Assembly: GCA_965235115.1 (NCBI GenBank)
Contig: OZ249436.1
Coordinates: forward strand, 52,144,001-52,208,000
DNA: 64,000 bases
Direction: 5' to 3'
DNA from: Laetmonice hystrix
Taxonomy: Eukaryota
A program made the translations under genes and the position numbers. The notes beneath the pieces are model-generated. The model saw only the letters and a program-made list of their open reading frames with translations, had not been told where the DNA came from and did not search any database. This document shows, piece by piece, positions 38,573-50,623 of the stretch (the stretch's first letter is position 1; each line of letters begins with the position of its first letter).

Positions 38573-41500
38573 AAAAGCTATGGCAAAAAGAAACAATAAA
38601 GATTGACGCCAAGGACGGGAACGGCCAATAAAATGCACCGGTTTATCGCCCGATGAATTTCATTAGCTGTTCAAGTCAATGCCAGGTCAGCCTGGCCATA
38701 AGACCAGAAAGTTTGGGGAAATTTCTCAGGGAAATCTGCAATGCCATGTTCAGGAAACTGAGGTGGGAAAAAGAAGCCTCATTGCAGTATCACCTTTTAA
38801 TAATGTACAAGGTTTTACTGTAATGCAACAGAATTGTTTCCCGGATTTATTAGAACATTTATGATTCGTGTTTCGCATTAAAAAACAGATAACATCAAAA
38901 TTTACGGCTTTTAGTGAAATTTCATATCCTTGCCCCCTTGGTAAAATATGCAGCTACACCACTGGTACATAGGCTTCCAAATGATCTATCATAAATTAAA
39001 CCTAATGTTATAGCAAAACTACTAAGGAGTTGCTGCTAACGAAGTTTCCATCGACTAGACGGCAAATTGAGGAAACCTTGGATGAAATGATAGCCTGACT
39101 ATAATTGCACATAAGTATCGTCTTGGGACTAATAAATTGACCTTATTCATCAGGGCTGGCTCTGTCTGTACGTTGTTACCCGGTCCGTGGTTTCTGAACA
39201 TCGCTGAATATAACGGAGAAATGCTGCCGAGTAACTCCTTGCCATTAATGTATATAACTACGCTATAATTGAACAGTCCCACGGTGTAGCTGAAGGACGG
39301 GAAGTCACTGGCAACTATATGTAACAGAAATAAGGTACGGAACCGATCTCCGGCAATAGCCCACATCATATCGTTTGTATGTGAACACAAGAAGCTTCCG
39401 TTGAGGGTTGGGCCAATATCGTGATTTGGCATAACATTCGTTACGGCATGTAATTACGGATACGATAATCTATGGAGATTAATCAATGACAGATGCAACT
39501 GTGGTTGCTCAAAAACAAGCAACTTACTTGATTCCAAGGAAATGCCAGAGAGTTTACCGTTGAGCAAACCATGAGACTCCGTTACCTTGTCCTGACCTCA
39601 CGGCTCCTACTAATGCGATCAAAAGGTGTCGCACAATTGAGTTTACCTTTCACGTTAATCCACCACACGTGAATAACACTTGAGACCATATACCAATCAC
39701 TGACTCTGACGTAACGTAAACATCTGCCGCCCCTTCACGCTGAGTCAGTTCAATCACACCTCTCTAGTCTCGAGGAAGGCCATGCACTTACTGGTTGGTG
39801 GATCTAAGATGTATCTTAAAGGTACGGAGGCGGCCCCGTGGGATGGTTTGTTGATGGTGTATGTGACGGGCACGGCTATACCGACGATATTACTCAGGCC
39901 GTGACGCCTACGAGCTGTCACCGGTTTTCACTCAAAGTAACGGCCTCATGTGCCTGAGAGACGCCATTGACACCTAGATCCATAAAGTTCCTACCTTTAA
40001 CTGACCATCTGGCTACAATATATGTCTGATTGTATCCTGATTTAGGTATAAATTTAGAAATTATTAACGATGTCTCGTTGCTTACCGCTGTTGGAGTTGG
40101 TGCCCGTCGGCCTCTAGTGCTGACACACTTTACGGTCGGATTGCTCAGGTATGGGTCCACTGGGAAACACCTGCGAGAGCGGCCGACCACCTTCGGACGC
40201 AGCAAACCGGTTCACACGGCAGCTAAAAATAGCTGGCCCCAGAAGAAATTCGAGAGGACGAACTTTGCAAAGGCGTTCCGGTGACTGGTCACGGGAGCGG
40301 TTAGTTTCATTCATAAAATTATATAGACCTATACATGTACCTAAATGATATCAGCCAAAGTAGGCCTCATAAGCTATGTAATTAGGCGTATACATAATAT
40401 ACATTGACGTATATTGGGGCACGCTGGCACTGGTGCTGCCTTACTGACGCCATACCCTTGATGAGGGTCCTTAGGACTACGCGCAGAAACATAGGAAGAG
40501 GAAAGTGGCTGTGCCCCAACTTTAATATAAAAAAAGAAGGTCGGAGCCAAAAGAATGAATTGCTTCCCCAAATCTTCTTTTAAAGTTCTGGCCCGTTGAA
40601 ACCGTGACGTATCACAAACGTATACTTGTGAGGTACTTTTTAACGTAATTAGTAAATAAAATAACAGAAAAGGACATCTGATGGAATGCACGGACATCAT
40701 CCAAATTTAAAGCCTCTTCCTGAAAGAGAAGCTGGGTTAAACTACATGCATAGGAGCCGCATCGGCTGTAGGAAGGAGAAAGTACGAGGGTCGAACCACC
40801 TTCCTCAAAATTTAATGTTTATTAAACAATGTCAAAACTTCTATCCTTAACTTAACTTTTAAATGAAAGACGTATAAAAGTTGATTGGTATGAAGCAATA
40901 AGGAAACTGATGAACCGTAGACTTTTAGGAAGACGATCACGATACGATAGGAGGTATCAACTTCATAAAAGGTATTCTGTCCAAGGAACAGAAGAGTAAA
41001 CTGGCAGCTATTTTATATGTTCTGCCCTTCTCTTGCTATTGGCAACCTTAATGTCTTGGTGGCTGATTCACGCGTATAGGTGAACTGTTTCAAGAACTTC
41101 TCCCTGGTGTTTGCCAATGTGCCTCATGTCGGGGGGAGTGGACTGGAGGCCGACGCTAAACTCTACGGTCCGGCGGTACCGTGCCTCTGACTCAACGTAA
41201 TGTTATTGGAATATGAATGATTTCTGCGTCCTGTACGCGCTTTCTGAGCTGGCTGCAATGACAGGCCGGTAATTTAACGTAGTCCCATGGCCTGTTCTGT
41301 TAGATTTACCTGCTGGTATTAGTTCATACCCTGAATCAAAGCAAGGAGTACCCGCCGAGGGTGACTGGCGGCCTGTAACGTTCGGAGGGATAGACGAAGT
41401 TCGCTCGTCGTGGGAACCTGGCACGGCCAGGAGTTGAGGTAAGTCGGCGATCCGCAGACATTAGGTCGGGCTTTACCTGTGTTCATTGATATCGGCACAT

Positions 41501-42489
41501 ATTCCGATCACGGCTAATAACTAGGGCGGGGTAGGCAGGCAGGACCGTAAGCACATTCACGTGGATATCAGAATGGGAGAGAGGGGTCTTTGCAGGCGGC
41601 TTGGCAACCTAGGTTGAAATGCTACTTTGTCAGGGGCTGGCTCCTTAAAAGTGTTGAAGCTCTGAAATGAACTGGACTCGTTAAAACTTGCGAAGATTGA
41701 GGAAGATATACATTGTATACATGTATTATGTATACTCCGTTCTCTCAGGAAAGGACATGGGCGCTATGAGTTTGGAAGAAGGGATGGTAGCAAGAAAGTC
41801 GACGTTTATCTGGAATGGGTCAGTTGGAATATGTGATGCTTGGATACTGGGATAGAAGGCATTGACCCGTTATTTCATTTAACTTCTATTCCCCATACCG
41901 GGGGCATATACACTGGGGAGTTAGCCTGACAAGGAGGAAACCACCGTTATCGGACGTCATTTGTCTTGATAGGGGAGAGGATGGCTCTGATCTTCTTATA
42001 TACATGTATATCAAATAAATTGGCCAAATAAGAATTATAACAGAACATATACTGTTTATTACTGGCCTTAATTTTGGGGAGGGACTGGGATCTTTTCCTA
42101 ATTGTGTTGCGGCCTACCCCGCAAGCATTGACCCTGAAAACCGATAATAATATGTTATATGGAGAATATTAGGATGGAGAAACTCGAGTCACCGTTGTTG
42201 TTGTTTGGGGGGGGGGGGGGGGGGGGTTAGCGGGTCTAGCTGCGTGATGACCTTAATGCGGTCACGATCAAACGCTGCATGCAATGGGTTCTACGTTTTG
42301 GGTCAATATTTGGCGCCAAACAAAATTCCAAATCCCAATATTGTTTGACAAAACACACTCGAATACAGTTTTCTTCTCACTGAAAATATTTTTTACTGCA
42401 TGCTTAAAAATGTACATATCAAAATATGAATATTTACACATATTATTTACCAGAACATAGGCCGATTATGGTGACACCCCTACGTACAC

Positions 42490-42640
42490 TTACTTACCCT
42501 GCCGAGTTTCGTTGTGATCACTGATGTAATGCCTCCTCGCCGGCCGGGTTCGAATATCCCGCGCGCTGGGGTGCTCCCGGGCTAGGTGTGTACGTGACAT
42601 ATTTATGCAGAACCCTTGACGTTAACACAGAAGGTCATCC
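42490..42640 (+). ncRNA. Possible degenerate U1 snRNA-like sequence
   Basis: TACTTACC, then GTGATCAC-N10-CCTCC with U1 stem-loop I spacing, and an Sm-like ATTTATG near 42601. Lacks the ATTGCAC loop II. Could instead be a minus-strand splice donor. Confidence 0.2.
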
Positions 42641-44769
42641 TGAACTGGTATTATCGGCTTCCACATGATATCACTGTCATCATTATTGTTACCATAAATA
42701 ACATTGCGATCATCGCCTGAATAAATGGACTGAGTAAATTGAAATATTTGGAATGAGATGTCGTCACTGGTCCGGGTGAGGTTTCATTGGCATCATATCA
42801 ATATAAATTATCAAACAAATTAGGTCAGGCACCAAATACCGTACCTAAGTGGAACTCGTTTACCCTGTAAAGATTTATACTACGATTATTTTTGCATGTT
42901 CATGATATAAAAGAGTAAAATTCTGTTCCTTGCCACCAGGGGAATGCCTCTTTCCTGTGTGTTGATGCATTGTAAATAGAAATAATTTTCTTCATGATTT
43001 TGAATATAATTATTCTACCCATTGTGTTCTATAACTGGGGAATATCTAATTTTTTTTATTTGTATCAAAATAAGTGAAAAACGCATAATGAGCTAGCTCA
43101 TTTGGATGACCAGCAAGTGAAGCGTGGTTCAGATTTTATTTTAATTTTTTTCATATTGACAGTCTGAAATGGGGGGTTGTCAACATTGGGCGCTTCATTT
43201 TCACAGAAGGCATGTTAGAGAAAGTTAAAAAAAGTTATCAATGTAAGGTAATAGAAAATTCATATAACAAAAGTAACCGGTTGGGTCTATAGACGTACCC
43301 ATGCACTTGGGTTAATATTCGTCAAGCTAGTGATCACGGGGCGTCCGCCCTCTTGTTTTGAATCTGAGGTTGAATGCCTCCTGGGAAAAAGTTTGTTAGT
43401 TACTTGTTGCAAGGTCACTTGTTTTCTCTGACCAAAGCGATTTGTAGTAAAACTGACCGCCGTGACCTGACCTTTCCTGTTGGGCTTAAACCTCAAAATA
43501 CCTATCCATCCACTCATGTCACACGGACTGAATAGGTAGCAATATCGTGGGCCTACTCTAAAGGTGCTCAATATGGGTCGACAAGTGTCTCCCACCCACA
43601 AACTGTTTGGGATGCCAGGTGAGTCAGAACCGTGATCACTCAGCCGAGCCGTAAGACAGTAGCCGTCGACGTATCTGAAAGTTAAATCCACCTGTAAAAC
43701 TATAATGCAACTCCCAGAAAATAAAAAAAATAATGAATTATAGCTTCCGGCGGAGGGAGCATGGTCTGAAGTTATACCGGATGTTTTAAATTTTGTCAGA
43801 TAAACGTGTGCCATGACAAAAAGATTCCACCAACTGATACCCTGTATGTTGTACGTAGAGAATCATGATGCATGATCATGTATGTGTCCCCCAACACACG
43901 AATGTTTACCTTAATGAACTCTTAAGTGGTTCAGCATGGTCGAGAAGGGAGGAAAACTTGACCTATTTGGAAATTAGTGCATAGCACGTCAACCAAGTAG
44001 TCTTGTCAGCCGTATTTCAAGCAGAATCTTCCAAAATTAAGGTCTATATACAATGAGAAAGTCGTATTCATTCCTACTTTAAAACATTTGGAAGGTTCTG
44101 AGTAAAATATAAAATTTCAGGGGTGATTTTATGGAAGTAAAGCCAGTGGGTGTGCATGTACTAAACAGATGGTACAGCCCCTGAGGTTGGCGTCAGCTGG
44201 ATGAACTGGCACATGACTGTATACAGGGCCCTCAGGACATCAAGACTGGAATGGTTGCTAGCCCACATTCTCCTGAGGAGCTGTACTTTTTCAGTCAGAC
44301 TTCAGATGTAGGTAGTATAACTGAATCTTTGTCCTCAAAGACAAAATGTTGAAAGGTAACCAAGTAAACATGACCTTAGACGGTAGAGATTTTGATATGA
44401 ATTGTCCAGCTCAGAAACACAGTTTCTGGGTCATTGCTCAACGGGAACCGCGGCCAAGTCGGTGGTACATATCCTGTGAAGAGGACCGGCCACTTGAAGA
44501 ATCTTCGTCATCTGTTGAGTGCCATTGAAGCATCAATGCATAGATGTGGACCGGCGGAATTCCGCCTTAGCTGTCCTGTCCCAAATATCAAACTTTCTTA
44601 TGCTAAACCGAATTGCCAAAGTAGTTCTCGGACCTATTTTAGTGAAACTATTCTGCGCATAATTTAGTCCATCAAATAAACGACGCTGGGAAGGCAACAA
44701 CGGTAACAAATCCTGAAGACCTTTAGCAATAATAGGCAAATATCTCTATTAGGGGCTGCTTGAAACAAA

Positions 44770-44830
44770 AGGTTAATAAAAAGGCACTTCTTGACCTTTG
44801 ACCCTGAAGGCCCGTTTGTTAATCAGCCCC
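44770..44830. promoter_or_regulatory. Candidate nuclear-receptor DR1 site with flanking GTTAAT half-sites
   Basis: TGACCTTTGACCC at 44792-44804, GGTTAAT at 44771 and TGTTAAT at 44817. A plus-strand donor-like GTAAGG lies at 45181. Confidence 0.25.
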
Positions 44831-47044
44831 AGGTCTCAGGTACTAGTTCCACCCGTTTAGGCCCAGACCAGAGACAGAGGAAGTGATGGCGATGTCGTTG
44901 GGTGACCTGCTCGTACCTGACAGACGGCAGGCGCCGTCACCGAGACCATCAATTCAGACTGGCCCACACAATGTTGACTTTGTCACTGAAACTATTTGGT
45001 ATCTGTGTCACGGACCTCACAGAAGAACCGATGCACAGATCTTAAGAAGAACCACTTTGGTTCACTTCACAAAGTCAAAGCTCAGCGTGCCTGTGGTTTC
45101 TGATGTACTTTCGACTCACCTAGGCGGGGAAAGGCAAATGTGAGCAAATCCCTAAACACTGACAAATCCTCGACATCGAAGTAAGGAGTAGGTATATTTT
45201 TCTCGATTTTTATTTAATTTATGTTATATTTTTTCAATAAAGGATACTAAGAGTTAATTTTTGAAGCGTGTAGGTCTATGAGTGAGTATTTTGAAACATA
45301 AAAAGTAAGGCCATTCCTCAGTCATTCCTCACAGCATGATTTGCTGTTCAGTCATCATTGACCGGAACCAAAATGTTCACTGTTTTTCCTCAATGTCAAA
45401 CAATTTTGTTCTCATCAGGACTGTATCCCCCGGTTCTGTTTTTCAAACACCTAATATTGTAGCCGACTGTTCACGGCAAACGGTTGCTATGTGATTCTGA
45501 TACGGCTAACAGCCGTGTTGAAGGTTGTGCCATCGGGTTACGTTACGTCATATCAGGCTAAACACTCCCCTGCTCACCGCTATATGCCATCCCCCAAGTC
45601 TGGCATTCCTAGGAAAGACAGTCAACACCAGTTATTGACTCACCAGGTTGTAAATGTCCATAAACACCCACCTCTATTGTTTCCGCCTGGTGATTTTAAA
45701 TAAGTTGAGTCAAGATAAATATTGAGACTTGCTGGCGACGGTTTAGCTGTATATTTAACAGTGAGGCCTTTTATATAATATATTTGGTTCAAATTGAAGG
45801 AAAGGCTTGGGGTTTAATGTTCTGGGGTACAGGGACGTCAGGTGGTAAGGGCGACTCAGTGGGTAGTGTGTTGTCGAGGTAGCTGGTCAGCTGGTGGCCC
45901 CGGGGCTACTTGAGATAACCGACCCATCCGGCCTCAGGCTCCGCGCTCAGTCGGAACATTATCAGATTTCACGGCCCCTTTCTCAGATACCGGTACCTGG
46001 TTGTTTCTATTCAGTTCTGTGACAAATCACTGCGAAAAAGTGTTGATAATAGGAAGTAATAAGTGAACTTAGGTGACTGACATTTTGTGAATTCGTTTTT
46101 TCATATTTCTTTTTATTTCAAGACTGACGGAAAAAGTATAGATCGCCGGCCTATGTCCCACGAAGAACGATTAAAAATGAATATTTTTTATAGCCAGTTT
46201 GAAAAAATAGGTCACAAATGGAACCCCGTCGATACCATAAAACCTTTTCGGCAGCAAATCTTCCTGCCTATCCTGATAGAGCCCGTTAGACATACTCTAG
46301 AAAGATGGATGCCATAGGGCAGGGTTTGTTAAAGCCAAATTTGCTGGTCTATAGATCTACTTGTAGGCCTATACGTTACCATGCTTTTATTGTGAACGTT
46401 CAACAGTCTCTATATGTAAGGAAAGGTAAAGAATTTAATTCAAGGACTACGACTGGAGCTCGTGTGCATTGCCTTTAGGCTTTTCACTTTGCCTGTACTG
46501 ACTATACCGCGGTCTTGTTTGAATGCTGGCTCTATGCCTGAGGCTACAGAAACAGGCGGACCCAGCCCAGTTCTCCTGACACATAGCAACACCGGAATAA
46601 TTAACTGTCGTCGGGTCAGTGGAATACTACCCTTGACTGGTTCGACCGTCTGTGATGTGAGGTAGTCTACAAAATAACAAAATCAGGTCTGTACAGCCAT
46701 GAGAAATCTCTATCATTCACATGTGTGATTTGATGTATTCTATCTAGTCATTATGACAGTTGCTGGCAGGTGTGTGTGTGTGGGGGGGGGGGGAGTAATC
46801 GGAAAAACCACTGCCTAAAGTGTGTTCACTCAGACGATGCCTTGGGCAGGTATTCGTGCATGCCTTTCCACTGACAAACACTCCGTCTACAGAAACTGTA
46901 GCCGCAATACACTGGCACAGCCCACTCCTTCAAATGCATTCCACACATTTTTTAACATAAATCTAGATAATTTTGTATTAAAAAGTGAACAACATATGTG
47001 ATTATGACCTTTTTGTAATCGTTACTAGCGGGTATATCTGACCC

Positions 47045-47140
47045 GAGGACCGCCTCTGCTGTGTTTGTGGGATATGAAAACAGTGCCTCAACCACTTCTG
47101 CGATCCTGCAAAGTTCTATACTCTCTAAAAGTATCCATTG
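47045..47140 (+). mobile_element. Degraded LINE 3' fragment (CCHC zinc-knuckle region)
   Basis: Translates EDRLCCVCGI*KQCLNHFCDPAKFYTL*, resembling the ExRLCxxC..HF...C..Y C-terminus of non-LTR ORF2. Confidence 0.35.
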
Positions 47141-50100
47141 GTGCTTGATGTAAAGTAACTTCTGGCAATTTATTATAAAATTTGTAGGTGTAGGTGAGAG
47201 TAATAATATAGTTGAGAAGGGTAAGATGGACCCCTTGATAGTACCCTCATATTTACCTCTCCAATTATTTTTATGAGATAATAGGAACATATTGGAGCGG
47301 CGTAAGATGGACCCTACGAAAAGCGGAAATAATTAACAAATAGCATCCAATACGAATGTGTAGAATGTCTAGGTGACCCCAATGTATATTTTTGGATTTG
47401 GATAATAATACACAAATGTTTAAAACAGTGGAGATTTAACTATGGTTTGCCTTCATATTTGATTTATTAAAAGTTGAAGCTAAATGTAACCTTCTGTCTA
47501 CGAGTTTAAGGGCATAGATTGACTTCTTACCTAGAAAAGCTATATAGTCAGGTTGGCAACAGTAAGCCTATATAACAGGGGTGCTAGTAATATTTTCTGA
47601 AGAAAATCGCTAGGAAAAAATGGCGAAGTTCAACATGGCCTTTGGGCTCAGTGAGGGAGTTGATGTTGTGGCTGAGATTGGGACAGTGTGATGATGGTTG
47701 TTGTCAGTCCGGACACGTCCAACTCCCACACAGACAACTGGCACATAACAGAGGCGGCTGTGTCTATAAACCCCGGTCTAATCTCCTCAAGTTGTCCTTT
47801 TATGTGGTTATGTGTTCCAACTTTGTCCTTATTTCTAAGCTCCTGCCCGCTCCTCGCAGTTTCGAGCCGACAGAAACACTGCACAGTCACCTTAATGACG
47901 TAAGTGGGAAAGCCAAAGTTTCCAGAACCGATGACACCCCCCCTTTTTTTGGGGGGGGGGGAATAAATGTTATCTTTAAGCATGTTTACTAAGTAGCTAT
48001 AAGTGGCTCTTCAAAATCATTGCTGTGGCTCTTCCAGCCATTTCATTCTGATTTCTATGAGATCGGTTTTCATAGCAACTCCACAAATCTTAATCCATAA
48101 TATAGACAGACGTGTTATTAAGTCCCCAAACGCCAAAATTATTCCTTAAATAGAAACCCCCACATTTCCCTCCCTGGGGAGGCTCAGGGAGAAAATTTTG
48201 CTGGAGTTCAACACTCGACCACTTACCTACACCAGCCTTCGCCCCATTTGTCGCTTATAAAGAACAACCAAGAATTGGCCAATGGTAATTCTTACCCCTG
48301 CTCCCCAAGGGAGGGAGGGGGAATTTAAGGCCAGAACGACGAGTGAGTAGAATACTAAGTGCCATTGCATTCACCCAAGTGAACCGTTTAAAATATAAAG
48401 GTCATTGTTACTGGGGTACATCCTGTTCAGTGAAGGCATTCACGCATGTTAAGGGGAAATGTGTCGTTGAAGTTATATTGAATTGCTGAGCGTGGTCAAG
48501 TGAAGGAACAGTCATATGCTTTACCAGACTCTGGTGGATGGCGCAACAAAAACCAGGCTAAAGATGACATTTCGATGGCTCCGTGAACTCGTACCATGTA
48601 GCAGTATTTCTAATATAACGCCCCTTTCAAGTATCCACGCAAATACTTGAATGATATAGCATATCGGCAACTGAGGCCATCTTCGTAACGAGATCAGGGT
48701 TGACGACTAAAAGCGAAGAGACAGGGATAAGTTTCTCGATACAGCTGTAAGCTTAGGACACTTACGGCCGGTGAGGGAATCTTTCTCCAGATCCGTTCGC
48801 TGAAGAAAGGGTGCTACATGTATGAGCAAAATTGGGATCGAGCAGGCCAGCTAATCCCTGTACCTCTCTGTCCAATGAACTACCTGGGCCGGGTTGGTAC
48901 GAAATGCAGCTCGAGAACGGCCTATCCGTTTAATCAGCTATGGATATTATATTCTTAGATTTAAGTGTGGGGGTGGTTTGTCGAGGGGGCAGGTGGAAGA
49001 TCCTGGTCCTGGGTAGCATCCACAAGTAGGTCCCGTGGGGTGACATGACGGGCTGTCAGCGAAGGGTTCCGGTTACCTGTCAATGACTAGCATTCATGAG
49101 TAGCTGGGATTATAGCTCATCCACCCACAGACCTCAACGGCATAGCTCTGAGCCGCATTGAGCAAAACATCAGTACCACTAGACATACAACCAAAGAAAC
49201 TGATATACAACCAATGATACTTAAATAATCTCTGATAAAACATCAAGATGTCAGCCATTCTCCATGGAGCGTGTCGTCGACGACTGGAGGATTTCGCCAG
49301 CTCCTGTGTTGCCTATGTCTATACTACTGCCAGTCCTTACTGTTGATCTGACGGCAATGCATGCATGCACGGAATGTTGGAGTGGGGTTACAGGTCCTCA
49401 ATGTACACAATCAACTAGGTCATGCCGAAAAGGAGTTCCTTTAGGCCCACTAGCAATTAGGATAATTAGTTGGACGGTTAATGACATTCCAGAGGAATTA
49501 GCCCAACGGTTTTTTTCCAGACTGTACCTTATATACGAGCTTCACAATAAAATACTACACCATCCCACTGCAGTACAAAAGTAGGCCTTATACCTGGTCC
49601 AGCTACAGGGATATACTTCTGGATGTCGCACTCCCATGTTTGAATAGATGTTGTGAACGGTCCAGTGGTGTCATCCATTTCGTAGATCTTTCCCTCCAGG
49701 CCAACACACCTAGCTCGGACACGGAGGTCGCGAGCCGGGAGCCGTAAGGCTGGTATAACCTGATAATTGTGTATGAAAGACCAAGTAACAGCAACTCCCT
49801 GGGGCACATATAAAGTCTGCCAATATTGGCAAGTAAAACTTTGAGATTTGGAGCACTGTGGGGGCGTAAAACATCAAGAGTATAATCAAAGTTCGGTTGT
49901 GGTCTCACTGCTTGGCCACAAACGACTTGTAGTCGTTGTATTGGTCCGATGAGGCAAAGCATTACAAAGCAGAGGTCATTGAATTTAGCAGTAACTGTTG
50001 CTGCTATTTGGTAGGCGGGTAGAAGTGTGTGGGAGAAGCATGCAGAGGTCGAACACAGCTTTTGTTCCAATGTTTGCACGTCTTGAGTCGAGATTCAAGA

Positions 50101-50623
50101 GTGTTAGTTTGCGACCACATAACTATAGCACCACAATACAATGTACATTGTTAGTGAAGATTTATAGCAGGGAAGGTAATTGTAACATTACCGGGCATGT
50201 TTTCAAGGGGGGGGGGGGTCGAACCAAAATCTAAATCTTGGTGCACGATGCAAAACATACCTGAGCCTTTGTTGTATAGATCTGTAACAAGGCGCTGGCG
50301 AAAATAATAGAAAGATTTTTCATTGAAATCGACGTAATCATTGTTTGTGGCTGGCTATACAAAGTTTCCTGCGATATGCACGCCGTGGACGTTATAGCGC
50401 ATTGACTGTACTCCTTTATTTTTCACCGCCAGAGGAATGTACGTTTAGAAAATTGCCGCTATGCTTCCGCTACGGTCTGTTAGTAACATGACAGATTCAC
50501 AATTGTAGTAATGATCGCTACAACTGTATTCAATCCTCTAACAGTGTACTCTACCCTGACTGATACATAACGACATGATCATTCCATGATGACTCAGACT
50601 CTATCTGTGATCTTGCAGGTATC

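Noticed and set aside
43287..43814. 175-aa minus-strand ORF
   Set aside because: No recognisable motif, exon context or protein-like composition.
45850..45900. tRNA/SINE-like A box (GACTCAGTGGGTAG)
   Set aside because: No B box or cloverleaf follows.
49264..49584. EGF-like CTECWSGVTGPQC in a plus-strand ORF
   Set aside because: Incomplete cysteine pattern and no supporting splice structure.
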